Part shown: positions 24,970-37,852 of the stretch, piece after piece
How the letters are laid out: each line of letters opens with the position of its first letter
Position numbering within the stretch: the stretch's first letter is position 1
Source of the DNA: Psammoneis japonica
Lineage: Eukaryota
Assembly: GCA_008632985.1 (NCBI GenBank)
Contig: QPGO01000026.1
Coordinates: forward strand, 62,001-126,000
Direction: 5' to 3'
DNA: 64,000 nucleotides
Made by a program: the position numbers and the translations under genes
The notes under the pieces: model-generated
What the model saw: the letters and a program-made list of their open reading frames with translations, nothing else
Told to the model about the DNA's origin: nothing
The model's database searches: none

Positions 24970-25380
24970 CTGCTCCACAGGTTCACTCTGACACTGCTGC
25001 TGTCTTTACAGATGGCCATCACTGTGTCAGTGCTCCTGATGGCGGTCGCTGGCGTCATGAAATGTGCAGCACCGATCTGGATCATACTGCCATTCATGAT
25101 GCCATCCCTTCCTTCAGAAAAGTGTAAGCGCCTGTCACATGCCGTGATGACGCCAGGTGAGTGGGTTATCTCACACATCCTGGCTGAACTGGGCACAAGA
25201 CGAGTTAAGACTCACCAGCGACGGCCAACGACAAGGTGCTGCGCACGGTGTCACACGTCGACGAGGCCAGGTCACCGCTCCAGAGTGGCCACCAAGAAGG
25301 CTCACCATGTCATCACGTGATGCAAGACGGTTAGGGCGTACAATTCAACCACTCCATGCCGTCCCAATCAAACGGAACCC

Positions 25381-28300
25381 ACTTACGATTCGGATTCATT
25401 CGCAATCGGTGTCGACTCGCATTCTTCCTGCACCATGTCTAACGACGAGGCACACTTTGTTGGTCCGATCAGAAAAACAAATGAGGTGGCACTTGGTGTC
25501 AAGGGCTGCTTGCGTGCCAAGGGAGAAGGAACAGTGCAGTGGGCAATTGAGGACGACATGGGACGAGTGCATAGCATCAAAATTCGAGATGCGCTGCTCG
25601 CACCGGACTTACCTCATTGTCTTCTCTGCCCGCAGCAATGGAGTCAACAAGCTAATGACCATGCGCCAGAGCCTCACGGAACTGTGTCCTGGACCAGGGA
25701 CGACGGACTGTCACTGATGTGGGACCAGCGCAAGTGTCATCGCCTGATTCCATGGTCCGCCAACTCTAATGTCGCCAAGATGCGCTCCGCACCCGGTTCC
25801 AACAAATGCCGGACCTTTGCAGCCGCTGTCGAAGAACAAACCGATGTCGAAACTGTCGAGCACGTGGCCTGTCAAGCTCACATCATACCACCAGACGACG
25901 AGAGCATTGCGAATGATGACGAGGCTGCAATTGACACAGACGTCTTCAGAAGTCCATCCGAGACACGTCCTTCTGAGACGCAAGACGCACGCAACACTGC
26001 TGATGAGGGTGCTCCTGTCTCATTTGAGCCAACAGACAGAGCAAGTTGTTCAGACTCAGACGAGGAAAACCCAAGGGATTTCACAACACCGGAGGCACAG
26101 CAGGACTCACCGGAACCCATCAACATTGTGCCAAATGATGACGCCCTTGCTGCCACTGATGACCAGGGTGAACTGTTGCGTTGGCATTGCCGCCTGGGCC
26201 ACATGTCATTCAAAATGACAAAGCCATTGGCCGCCCCAGGCATTCCACCGAAACGCCTTACAAAGGCACACAACCCAAAATGTGCCGGCTGCCTGTGTGG
26301 TGCCATGACAAAATGACCGTGGCACTCCAAGTCCAAGCGGAACCGACGAATCCACTTGGCAACTTCGCCTGGAGAGGCCGCATCCGTCGACCAGCTTGAG
26401 AGTCCTGCTCCTGGACTCATCCCACAGCTTAAAGGGAGGCCTACGAAACAAAGGTGTCAAGCAGCGACAATTTTTGTTGATCATTTCAGCAGATTGGGGT
26501 GCACAAATTTGCAGAAAGGACTTGCCTCAGCCGAGACGCTCGACGCCAAGCACGCTTTTGAGGCATTCGCATGCCGGATGCACGTCCGCATTCGACACTG
26601 CCACACCGACAATGGAAGATTTGCTGACAATGCTTTCATGCAAGACGTCAAGAAGCAACAGCAAACAATGTCTCATTGTGGGGTCAACGCCCACTTCCAA
26701 AACGGCATTGCGGAGAAGAGAACAAGGGACCTCCAAGAGCAATCTCGGAAGCAACTCCTGCATGCAAAGGTGAGATGGCCAACGGCTGTTGAGTTAAATT
26801 TGTGGCCAAGCGCTCTCAGGAATTCAAATGAGATCAAGAATCACTTGCCGAATCACGAAGACGGTTCCTCTCCGTTGGAGCGTTTCTCGTCTGTCAAGGT
26901 CCAACCCAATCTCAAGCAACATCATGCCTTCGGCTGTCCAGTCTACGCCTTGCACACAATCGGTTGCAGGGAGGAGGCAGGCCACCTGAGTGGGACCCAA
27001 GAGCAAGGTTAGGAATCAATTTGGGGCCATCAACAAGACACGCAGGTTCAGTTGCCTTGGTCCTCAACTTACAGACTGGACTCGCATCGCCACAGTTCCA
27101 CGTGCAATTCGATGATTTCTTTGAGACTGTTCGTCCTTCTGCTGGGAATCCTCCTACATTCTCACAATGGCAAGGCATTGCAGGTTTCAGGCAACTCAAG
27201 ACAAGGAGTGCTTTCAACATCTTTGGGAGATCAAATGACGCACTGGTTGAGGGATCAATCCCTGCTGTTTCGGAGCCACCTGAGCTGAATCCGGATGTCC
27301 CGTCTCAGCTGCTGCATCCTGCTGACACAACAACTGCTGATGACTCATTTGACAACACCCAACCGGATGATGAAGTCCCACACACGCCTCCAGATGATTC
27401 TGACGCACCATCTGAGCCACAGCGCACCATGGGTCAACCCAGTGCCAGCAGGTCCGGCCGACAACGATGCCCAACCGAAAGGATGCGCGAGAGCCAATTG
27501 CAACGGGCTCAAGGCATAGTCTCCTACAATGCAGAGGCAGAGGCACATTGTGACGCAATGCACGAGGATGATTACAAACTGCAGGATGACATGGACTCAC
27601 CCATCTCTTTTCTGGCGAGCTCGGACCCCGACACCATGCACTTTGACCAGGCTGTGCGTGAACCTGACAGAGACGAGTTTGTCAAAGCCTGTGTTAAAGA
27701 GGTCAATGATCACATTGAAAGAAAGCATTGGATGCTTATTCCAAGAGAGGACGCACCTGATGATGTTGATGTTCTCCCTTCAGTGTGGTCCATGAAGCGC
27801 AAAAGAGACATCAAGACTCAAGCCGTCTACAAATGGAAGTCCCGACTCAATGTGCACGGTGGAAAGCAAGAGCATGCTGTCAACTGCTTCCAGACCTGCT
27901 CTGCCGTGGTCTTCTGGTTCACCATCCGGCTCCCACTGATCACAGCCATTCTCAAGAAGTGGCACACACGCCAAGTTGACTTCGTTCTGGCGCATCCGCA
28001 TGCCGATGTTGAACATGACATGTGCATGGAGTTGCCTGCAGGAATTGAAACAAAATGTGGCAATGGCAAGACTCATGTTCTGAAGTTGCTCAAGAACTCA
28101 CATGGACAGAAGCAAGCAGGGAGAGCATGGCAAGAACACTTACGTGATGGATTGTTAAGGATTGGTTTTGTTCAATCGGCGGTTGATGAGTGCCTGTGTT
28201 TTCGCGGCAATGTCATTTTCATTCATTGTGTCGATGACGGCATCTTTGCATCCCCTGACAAGTCTGCCATTGACAAGGCGATGCAGGGTGTCAGAGATGA

Positions 28301-29231
28301 GAATTTTGACATTGATGATCAAGGCACTCTGGACGACTATCTCGGTGTCAATGTCGAGACGCTGCCTGACGGCAGAATGAAACTTGCCCAACCTCACCTT
28401 GTCAATCAGACACTGGAGATGGCCAACATTCCCAAGAGACCACCAGACAAGTCTGCTCCTGCTCCTTCTTTCAAGATCCTCCACAGGCACATGAGTGAGC
28501 CTGCTTTCCAAGGGAGCTTTCATTACCGATCCATCATCGGCAAGCTCAATTTTCTGGAGAAAAGCACTCGACCGGATGTCGCCTACGCGGTGCACCAAGT
28601 CGCACGTTTTTCCTCCGATCCCAAGATTTCTCACGGTGAAGCTGTACTATGGCTCTGTAAGTACCTAAGGTCAACCAGAACTGAAGGTATTATACTACAG
28701 CCCTCAACGGACAAGTCCCTTGAAGTTCACGCTAACGCGGACTTTGTGGGCAATTGGAACAAGCTAACAGCACCCGATGACGTTGGCACTTCCAAATCTC
28801 GAACTGGGTTTGTCATCACCTACGCAGGATGTCCGATTGTATGGACGTCCAAGCTACAGACTCAGATCGCGCTCAGCACTACTGAAGCTGAATTTATCGC
28901 TCTTTCGGAAAGTCTTCGAAGCGCCATCCCAATTATGAACCTCATTCAAGAGTTTATGGGTCATGGTCATAATGTCCCTTCCGAGACACCAGTCGTACAC
29001 TGTAAGGCTTTTGAAGACAATTCTGGAGCACTGGAGATCGCGAGATTGCCTAAGATGCGTCCTCGGACAAAACACTTCAACCTCACTCTCCACCACTTTA
29101 AAGACCATGTTCGCAAAGGTCTCATATCAATCCCACCAATTGATACGGCAGATCAGATTGCAGACATTTTCACCAAACCTCTACCACAGAACCTCTTCGT
29201 TAAACACAGGAAAGCGCTCCTTAAGTGGTAA
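25381..29231 (+). pseudogene. pol: Copia pol (protease, integrase, RT, RNase H) with a TGA at 26314 and a frameshift at ~26960
   Basis: DSDSFAIGVDS, WHCRLGH, DNGRF..QNGIAEK, HGQKQAGRAW, CVDDGI (from YVDD), STTEAEF, QIADIFTK. Confidence 0.95.
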
Positions 29232-30974
29232 GACGTTTTCGAGTCATCATTCCACCCGACGTTATTGAAGGGAGTGTGACAATATTCATATTTTCATGGC
29301 ATTGCATCAACGTATTCATATTTGGATGTTTTGCAATAACGCCGAACTTCCAACTCTTCATTCGCCCAACAATCGCTACCATCAGATCTGAAGATACAAC
29401 ATATGATCCAAGATTCAAACCCCGTGTGCGATGCTCAGTCTCGAATCCCGCGGAAGCCGAGTCACGAATGCGATGTTTGTTCCCAGCTTCGCGCTTGTTT
29501 AACTTCGCGTTTCTTTTAGATGGCAGCTGCATCTGCTCATAAAAACTGCTCATAATCTTTCTAACGTGCTGATTATCACCTCTCAACTTTTGGTACAATA
29601 AAGTTACTGATTGATTGTTGTGTCGCAATCACAGCTTTTAATCACTGAAAGTGCAGACGAATCCCAGAATTCCGGCTGCTTTCCCACAGCGTTTTGTCAT
29701 GCCTGATGGCGACGACGACGACAAGGACTCCACCACGGCAGCGACTGAAATGGCTTTCATCATGTCAAACTTTCTGGTCAATGCACGACCAAGGCAGGCA
29801 GGCGCCTTTTTTGTGAGAGCAGAATCACAACCCACATGATGCAAAAAGGATGCGAGTGGGAGCTTCCAAGAACACCAACGTGTCACTGCTCCATCCATGG
29901 CGCGTTGTCGGTTGTTGCTTGTGAAAAAAGTGCGGGATGCCACGTCATTCGTCACACCCAACATGGACAGACGGACGGCAGCGAACTGGGTCGGTCATGC
30001 CAGCCATTCTCGAGTTTCGTCAATTGACCAGTTGCCGATTCAGAGCAAGTTGCAGGTAAGACTTTTTGCAATGACAGAGGTTTTGCCTTTCAAATGCCAA
30101 GTGGTTGTGCTCTGGATCCAATGGCCAGGGAACGAGGAGGAAATGTGCTGGTGGGTCGGCGCGATTTGCTGAAGAAGAAGGTGCGCCAGAGTGACGTGGG
30201 CAAAGAAGGAGGGGGGCAGCAGAGGGAGGTGACAGGCATGGTCATGATGCAGTGGATGTTGGCTGGTTGATTGTGGAAATCTTTTGAAACAAAAAATGAG
30301 AAAGAGGGGCAATGGGTGAGCAGCAGCTGCTGAAATGTGGCAGCTCAAAGTCAAAAGGACAAAACACAAGGGAGCACCAGGGTGAGGACAAAAATGCATT
30401 GCACAGAAGACACAGCAGAAGGCACCTGCAGCAAACACAGCTTTTGCATCAGAAAAAACCAGTGCTGTGGCTGGCACAAACTGCAATTTTTGGAAAGTTT
30501 TGAGTGCCACAAGAGTTGTGCCGTGTCAAAAGGTGAAGTCAATTCACAAAGATTGTTGCATTGAAAGCAGTGTGAAATGAAGAGCAAGTGAGGGGCTCAC
30601 TGGGGTGAAAGAGAAGTCCCAGCTCTGCAACTTCCTTGACAGGATGAGCTGGTGAACACATGTTTTGCACCAGTGGACTCAATTTTGGCATCCAAGCAGC
30701 TGAGAAAAGCAATTTCAAGGTGCAACTTTGAGATGAAATGGTTGACTTTTTCAGGATTTTTCTTCACCCAGTTTGTGCTTTGACATGGGTGCCATGAACA
30801 ACAGGCAGGTGCCAACAAGCCACACACACTGGCTTGCTCTTGAAAGAGCTGCAGCCACAACCCAATGGAGCCACACAACAGCTCCCAGAAGCAGACCTCT
30901 TGCTTGAAACATGACCACTGCCAAGATGTGTTTGCACGCAAAGAACAAGAAAGCTCATTTCCACAGCTGCTTGC

Positions 30975-31287
30975 AAAGCTGGGTTCATGATGAGTGACAA
31001 AGGGGGCATGCTTCACACCAGCATGAGCAAAAAGTTGTTGGAGACAACTTGGGCTGGGATTTGTGTGCACATTGTTGAAAAAATGGAGCAGGAGCACCAA
31101 ATCAAAAGAGAGCAAGAAGGGTGATGCAACAAAGCTGGGTTCATGATGAGCAACAAAGGAGGCATGCTTCACACCAGCATGAGCAAAAAGTTGTTGGAGA
31201 CAACTTGGGCTGGGATTTGTGTGCACATTGTTGAAAAAATGGAGCAGGAGCACCAAATCAAAAGAGAGCAAGAAGGGTGATGCAAAG
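30975..31287 (+). repeat. Tandem duplication with a ~156-bp unit
   Basis: aaagctgggttcatgatgag...caagaagggtgatgcaa occurs twice in a row. Confidence 0.9.
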
Positions 31288-34200
31288 GCATGTGTGCTCC
31301 ACTGGGGGTGTGCAAAGCAGGACAGCTTGCTCCAGACCACACTGAGAGTTCACATTCAAGCCCATGGTTGTGTCACCTGCAAGGAGTGTGTGACACAAAG
31401 TGTCTTCCCATGCAGGGCAGTGCTGCTGCAGAAGCATCATCTGCAACATTTTGCACACAAGCTGGCCAATTTCAAGACCCATGAGTGTGTTGCCAGGGCA
31501 GATGACTGCCCCCTTAGCTTCCACCTGTGATGGAAGGTGGAGACACACCAGAGTCACAGCCCAATGATGAGCTGCACAACTTGCTTGAGTGTGGTGTATC
31601 AAGCACATGGCAGAAGCACATGGCACCACAGGACTTTGACCCATTGGCATGCACTGCAGCCAAAATGTGCTCCATCAGCCCTGGCTGGGACTCTGTGTGA
31701 CATTTGCGTGCAGAGTTCTGTGCATGAGCTTCACAGCAAAATCACCAGGTGGTGAACATGCCAGTTGTTGCCAACAGAAAAAGAGGCAGTTTTGTGATTG
31801 CATCTCTTCTTTCATTCTTGGGGTGCATTGTTTCCAGTTTGCCAGGGTGCACTCTTTGCAGACATCAAAGAATGGGCCCAGCTAATTTTTGCTTTCACAA
31901 ATGGGCACAATGAAAATCCTTTGGCTTCACAAAGCAGGGAGTGTGGGGAACAATTTTGTGGAATGATGCATGTGTAGAGATGCACAGTCCAGAGCTGGAG
32001 TTTGTCCCAAATTTGTTGCACTCTGCAAACAAGTCAAGCATGTCAAGGAAGGATGCAGAAGGCATTCTGGTCCAAAGCACCAAGGCTCCACACAAGCAGG
32101 GCTGCAGCCCAGACTCAATGAATCAGCACGGTGGTTGTGTCAAAGTGGGAGAGTTAATTGTGAGGCTGCAATTGTCCAAAAAGTGCAGTGCACCTGCTAA
32201 TTTTGTTCTGTTTTCAACTTTTTCAACAAGTGATGTTATCATGGTGAATCAATCACTGTGAATCTCTCTTGAAGGTTCAAGGCAACAGCTTTGCATTTTT
32301 GCCTCTTTTGTGTGCATCAGCTTCAACACAGCAGATGGGTGTCTGCATGTCATTTTGGTTGTTGCCTGCACTTGGAAACACTTCTTCCAGACACACACAT
32401 GGATGATGACAAATTTCCTTTTGAATCCTGTGTGCATTTGAATGCATCTTTGCACTGACCCAAACTTCAATGGACACTTGTGACTCCAATCTTTGGGAAT
32501 CCAGCAGTTTGAAAAGAATGATCTGGGGAATGTGTCTGGACAGCTGCTGTTCAAATGAATTCTGTCCATCTGTGCATTTGGGGCATCTGTGAGTGCAGCA
32601 GTTTCAAAGGATAAAAAAGATGCAAGGGCAGAGTCAAGCATGTGGCTCAAGGAAGTTAGACAAGGCTGACCAAGTCATGTGTGCACATCATTCCTCAAAA
32701 TAGATGAGAATTGGAGTGGCTTGCCAGGCTGTTGCTGATCCTTTCAACAATGCAAATGCCAGTGCCATCTGCCAGTCTTTTCCATCACATGGAAATGGCT
32801 TTTGTTGCTCATTTGAAGCTGGCCAGCCAGTTGCAAGATGAAAAAATGGATGTTGCATTGATGCCACAATTCAATGCTCATTTTTGCTCTCTGTCCCAAT
32901 CCAATTGCACTGCACTTTTGTTTTGGCATCTCACCCATTTTGTTTGACACACTTGTCTTTGTCACTTAGAGAGGACATTGAGCAATGTGTCACCCCCAAG
33001 GATGAACAATGGCTGACCATTTCATTTTGACATTCTTCATCGTGTTGGAAAGGGGCTGTGAGTGTGGCATGCCATGCACTCCTTTTTGGTCCAAACCAAG
33101 CAAGACACAATTGATGCTGTCACCAATGATGACAGTTTCAATGTGCAATGGGAGGGCATTGACATGTCCATGACCTTGCCAAGTGCCAGTTGGCAGTGCT
33201 CTCCCTCATTCAGGGGCCAAAAACTGGGGCAACTCTTGGTGACATGGCAAGCATGCAATTGGAGCATGTGAACAAGGAGGCTGAAATGTTGTGCGGACAA
33301 CTCTCAAGGCTGTGCCAAAGAAAGGCATGTTTGCATTGGTTCAAAGTGACATTGATGCATCACACATCTGCAGCATCTGTGTGTGACAAGCAAACCAGCA
33401 ATTTCTGCTCTCAATCTCTGTCTTTCCTGTCAAGGTGGTGTCTTGGTTTTTGTTTCTGGTGGCCTTTGGATCTGCAGAGAAGGACAGGAACAACTTGCAC
33501 CTCATCAAGCCAGGGTTGTCATCAGCTCACAATTTGTGGTGATGATGTGTCAGCGAGTTGCACAAACTGAAGACACACCTCACAACATGCCAGCACCCCA
33601 AGATGCACCTCTGCTCATTTTGTGTTTCCTCTGCAAGACAAACAAGAAACCCTGAGAACTTTTGTTGTTTTCAGCAAAGTCATTGATCTGTCATGGTCAA
33701 GCAGATTGTGGATAAAAACAAGCAACAACATTGATGGGAGTCAGTGCATCCATGGCAAGTGGAGCCAGACCAACACCTCCATTGTCATCTGATGTCAACT
33801 GTCTGACAGTGTGCTTTTGTGCAAACACTTCTCATGTTGCTCTCACTGCTTTCTTCTGATTCTTCTTGGTCATTCAATCCATGTTGAGTGGATGGAACAG
33901 GCTTGGATGGGGCACCACTGCTTGCATTGTGCATTGTCCATGGCGGCTTCAATGAAGCCAACCCATTTTGCACTTTCTGCTGACCACAATGCAGGGTGTC
34001 ACATGGCAACTCAACCAAAGCTTTGCCCAGACACGTGCAGCAGAAGAGATGATGACTGTGCAGGAGGTGACACCATTGTTCTTGTTTTTGATCTTTGTGA
34101 CATGAACTTTGGTTCCATCGACTGGGTCTTTCAGGTGAGAGCCATGTTTGGGATGCTTTTTCAGCTCACCACTCATTTTTTGTTGCAACAGCTTCATTGA

Positions 34201-35908
34201 CACCCCAGAGCTATGAACCCATTGACCAATTAGAGGCACTGACCCAATGCTCAACAAGAGACAATGTGCTGTGTGGTTTCATTATGCCATTGAATGCTTC
34301 TTGTGTCATGCACTGCTTTGGCACCATTTTAAAGAAAAAACTGCTGCACCTGATGCACAAGAAAAGCAGATTGGCTGCATGCAGGTCAATCACAAATGCC
34401 AATTGGGTGCAACAGATGTTGTCAGCAGCAAAAAGTGTTGGTGCTGGCATGCCATCATTGCACTGGCCAGCATTTTTTCCTGCGGTGTGGTGTGATGCAA
34501 CCTGGTCTCTGGCATTCCCACAATTCTTCTGAGTGCCCCAATCTCACTGATTGACAGACTGTTCCAGCACAAACCCCATTTTTTGTGCAAGATTGTTCAC
34601 ACAGCAGCTGTCCAGACATGTTCATCATAGAACCCCGCAAACATGTGGGGACCCACAACCTGGAAATGTGCAGAGTTGTGCGTGCATGCATTGGAGCTGT
34701 TTATGCAGGTTTTGCACCAGAGTGTGTTGTGAACTGCTGGCGGGCATTTTTTTTAAATTTTGTCATGGCAACAGAGACTCCAAACTCTCTGGTGCTTTGT
34801 TGGCCCCAGGCAGAAACAGCACCATGCCCTGTGCAATGTTCAGTCAATGAAACCAAAAAAAGTGCAAGAAGTGTGCCATGATTTTGAGGCCATTGCAATT
34901 GACACCACACCCGAGTTCACATTGAAAACAATGCTCAAGGGTGGCATCAAAATGTTCATCAAAAAAGGCTTGGTTGTGTGGGGAGGTTTCAGAGGTGCTG
35001 TGCAATGGTGCAGGTCAACATGGGCTCACAATCTGACAGAGACTCCAATGTGACCTCTTCCACTGACATGCAGAAACTGTGCCAGTTTTGTGCAGGCATG
35101 CTGAGTGTTTCAGCACCACATGCAAAAATGAGCATGGACCTCTGCAGGAGGGTCCCCACACATTTGCAGGGTGACACAATGAACAAGTCATGATTGCAAT
35201 GTCATCTGGTTGCAGAACATGACTGCAACTCAGACTCATTGATTCATTTGGCCATTCACTGAAATCGCTGTTTGTGGATTGCAATTGACTTTTGCCACAA
35301 TTTCTGGAACAGCAGCAACAACAACAACAACAACAACAACAACAACCACTGTTTTGCCTCTTTGTTGTTGCTGCCATCCACCCTTTGAGGGGACTTTTGA
35401 TTGTGTGTCAACCTCAGCACAGTCTTTCAACTCTGATTGTTGAGACCATCAATTCATGCATTGGCACTAAGCTCTCAGTCAAGTTGTTGCCACAGACATT
35501 TCCTCTGATGGAAACACAGCTGATTTCAAATCACCCATCCCATTTTCACAACCAAGAGAACCGTGGCTCCTCCTGCCACACCACCACCTCCTCCAAGAAC
35601 CCTGGCAATGGGCACTGCACCAAATGTCAGGTTGAAGGAGGAGGAATTCATGAAGATTTTCTCCAGCATCAGAACCCAGGGACAATCACCTCCAACACCA
35701 CCCAAATGAGGCAGAATCCCTTGAACTCATGGTGCACATGTTGGAAGATCTCTCCTTGATGATGACTGGAAGCAGACAGATTCACATGCACATCGTTTTG
35801 CATCACAGCATTGACACCCCAAGGCTCTCAATTCAACCAAGTGCTCTCTCCAAGATCAACAAGCTTCTGCAATGACCTCCAAACAACTTCAACAGCAGAC
35901 TCAAGATT

Positions 35909-36650
35909 TTGAATGGTCCCATCAACAAATTAGACAAGGACCACTTTGTCAAGAGCATCCAAGACCCAGTGGAGGCTCACAGACATGAGATGTTCTGTCA
36001 TGCAAAGAAATCAGACAGAAAGGTCATCCATGTCTTTGATCATCTACACAAGTTTTTGGCAACAGATCTCCCTGCTGAGAGCGACACTTGCAAGTTGGAC
36101 ATTGATGACTCAGCCTGCAACAAGACAGAGCTCCATGACATTGGCCTTTCTCAGCTTCCAGTTTTACATGGAGTCACAAATGCCTTTGGCAAGAAAATGA
36201 AGACCAAGTTCAACCACTTGAAGGATTTCAAGAACTGTCCTGAATCCGTTCTGTTCATGATGGCACTCAACACATGCAACACCAGTGCTCCAGCTGACAT
36301 TGAGACTGCCAAGAAGGAGCTGGAGGATCTTGCTTTGGCCACCTGCCTGGGAGAAGACTGTGCCAACTTCACTGCTGAAGGTCTGTGGATCATCAAGGTC
36401 CTGCAGATGGACTGCACACTCCCAGTCAATGCTGGATCCAAGCTCTTGCACAAGGCATCCAATGCATCTTTGGAACACTTCAATCGCCTTGTGCACAACA
36501 AGATTGATGATGTCAAGAAGATGGAGTGCAAGTGTGGGCTCAAGGACCCCATGGAAATCAAGTCCAATGCTGCCTGTGCCAACCTGGGCCAACTTGGCAT
36601 CATCACATGGATCCAAAAGCAGCACTCCCTCAGAGCAACCTGTCATCATC
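35909..36650 (+). pseudogene. Decayed diatom copia gag-like fragment
   Basis: VLFMMALNTCN..DIETAKKELEDL.LATCLGEDC..F...LPVNAGSKLL resembles CoDi gag (YPGE->CLGE). No Tyr. Confidence 0.6.
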
Positions 36651-37852
36651 TGACAACCCAACCAACATGTTGTTGGGGATGTGGTCTTGAAGGCTGCACC
36701 AAAAATCCCAAACACCCCAAGAAGTCATGTGCAACTGCATGGCAAACTGCCTGCATTGGGGAGACCACTGCCAAGGACCCAAGTTGCTTGAAGTTTCAGC
36801 GGGGGAGTCTGACAGGACTGTTGTTGATGGTGTTGAAGAAGGCCCATCACTCCATGTTGATGAAGGAATGTCCCATGGAAGAGCACTTGGTGCACCCACT
36901 GGCACACCACTGGGAACCACTGATGGTGAGAGGGAAGGTCTCTCAGATGGTGAAACAGACGGTGCATCACTGGGGCTGGCAGCACTCAGCATCAAAAAGA
37001 CAATGTCTCTGACGGACTGGTGCTGGGGACACACGTTGGGCCTTCACTTGGCATTTAAATGGCAGAATCACTGGGGTTGAAACTCAGCATCAAAGATGGC
37101 ATCTCTGATGGATGAGTGCTGGGGACACCCATTGGAGATCTTCACTTGGCATCAAAGAGGGAGAATCAGCTGGCATGACACTTGGCTCTGTTGTTGGTGA
37201 CACCAGTTGGATCTTCACTTGGCATTGCAGAGGGAGAATCTGATGGCATTGCACTTGGCACATCTGTTGGGGCTTCACTGGGTGGGACTGAAAGTTTTTG
37301 TGATGGCACATCACTGGGCACCAATGATGGCGCACCCAATGGCACAATGCTTGGGCTGGCACACTTGTTGGAGCATCACTGGGAGCATCACTGGGAACTG
37401 ATGAAGGACTTTCTGATGGTGCAGCACCGGGTGCAAAGGATGGCGCAGCAGACGGCACAACACTCAGCATGTTTGCTGGAGATTTGCTGGGTGACAAACA
37501 GGGCTCATCACTGGGGCTGCCACTTGGCACCAATGATGGTGTCTCAGATGGTGCAACACTTGGCACATTCATTGGTGCCTCACTGGGTGATGATGATGGT
37601 TCATCGCTTGGGCTGCCACTTGGCATTGATGATGGCATCTCAGATGGCTCAAGGCTTGGTGCTTGCATTTGGCATCGCAGAGGGTGAATCAGATGGCACA
37701 AGACTTGGCACATCTGTTGGAGCTTTGCTGGGAACCAATGAAGGAGTTTCTGATGGCACAATGCCAGGTGTCAAGGATGGTGCAGTGGACGGCACAACAC
37801 TTGACATGTCTGTTGGAGATTTGCTGCTGGGCAACAAACAAGTGCAACACAC
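36630..37852 (-). pseudogene. Fragmented mucin-like (PSxx)n repeat gene remnant
   Basis: PSDAPSVSPSERPSLSPS and PSEMPSSMPSGSPSDEPS broken across several frames. Confidence 0.65.

Larger units (their letters stand above)
22964..29688 (+). mobile_element. Full-length Ty1/copia (CoDi-like) LTR retrotransposon, inactivated
   Basis: 414-bp LTRs at 22964-23377 and 29275-29688 (TG...CA). 5-bp TSD GCGTT at 22959-22963 and 29689-29693. PPT gaagggag before the 3' LTR. Order gag-PR-IN-RT-RH. Confidence 0.97.
18088..29898 (-). pseudogene. Transglutaminase-like gene split into three pieces (29689-~29898, 22900-22963, 18088-18649)
   Basis: Joining the pieces and removing a 4-bp duplication gives MTKRQVAVALHDCVRDLPFGFTHKHDLATAEYTLERQMGHCTPK...HTFTEV...VDSY, with a Cys-His-Asp triad. 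Confidence 0.8.
29900..37850. repeat. Large degenerate TpA/CpG-depleted domain of nested element remnants
   Basis: TA and CG nearly absent. Contains a tandem duplication, a gag remnant, a CAA microsatellite at ~35316-35346 and a PS-repeat remnant. Confidence 0.75.

Noticed and set aside
34200..34800. Possible Plavaka-like transposase remnant (IGAVYAGFAPECVVNCWRAF)
   Set aside because: The similarity is too weak to call without a profile search.
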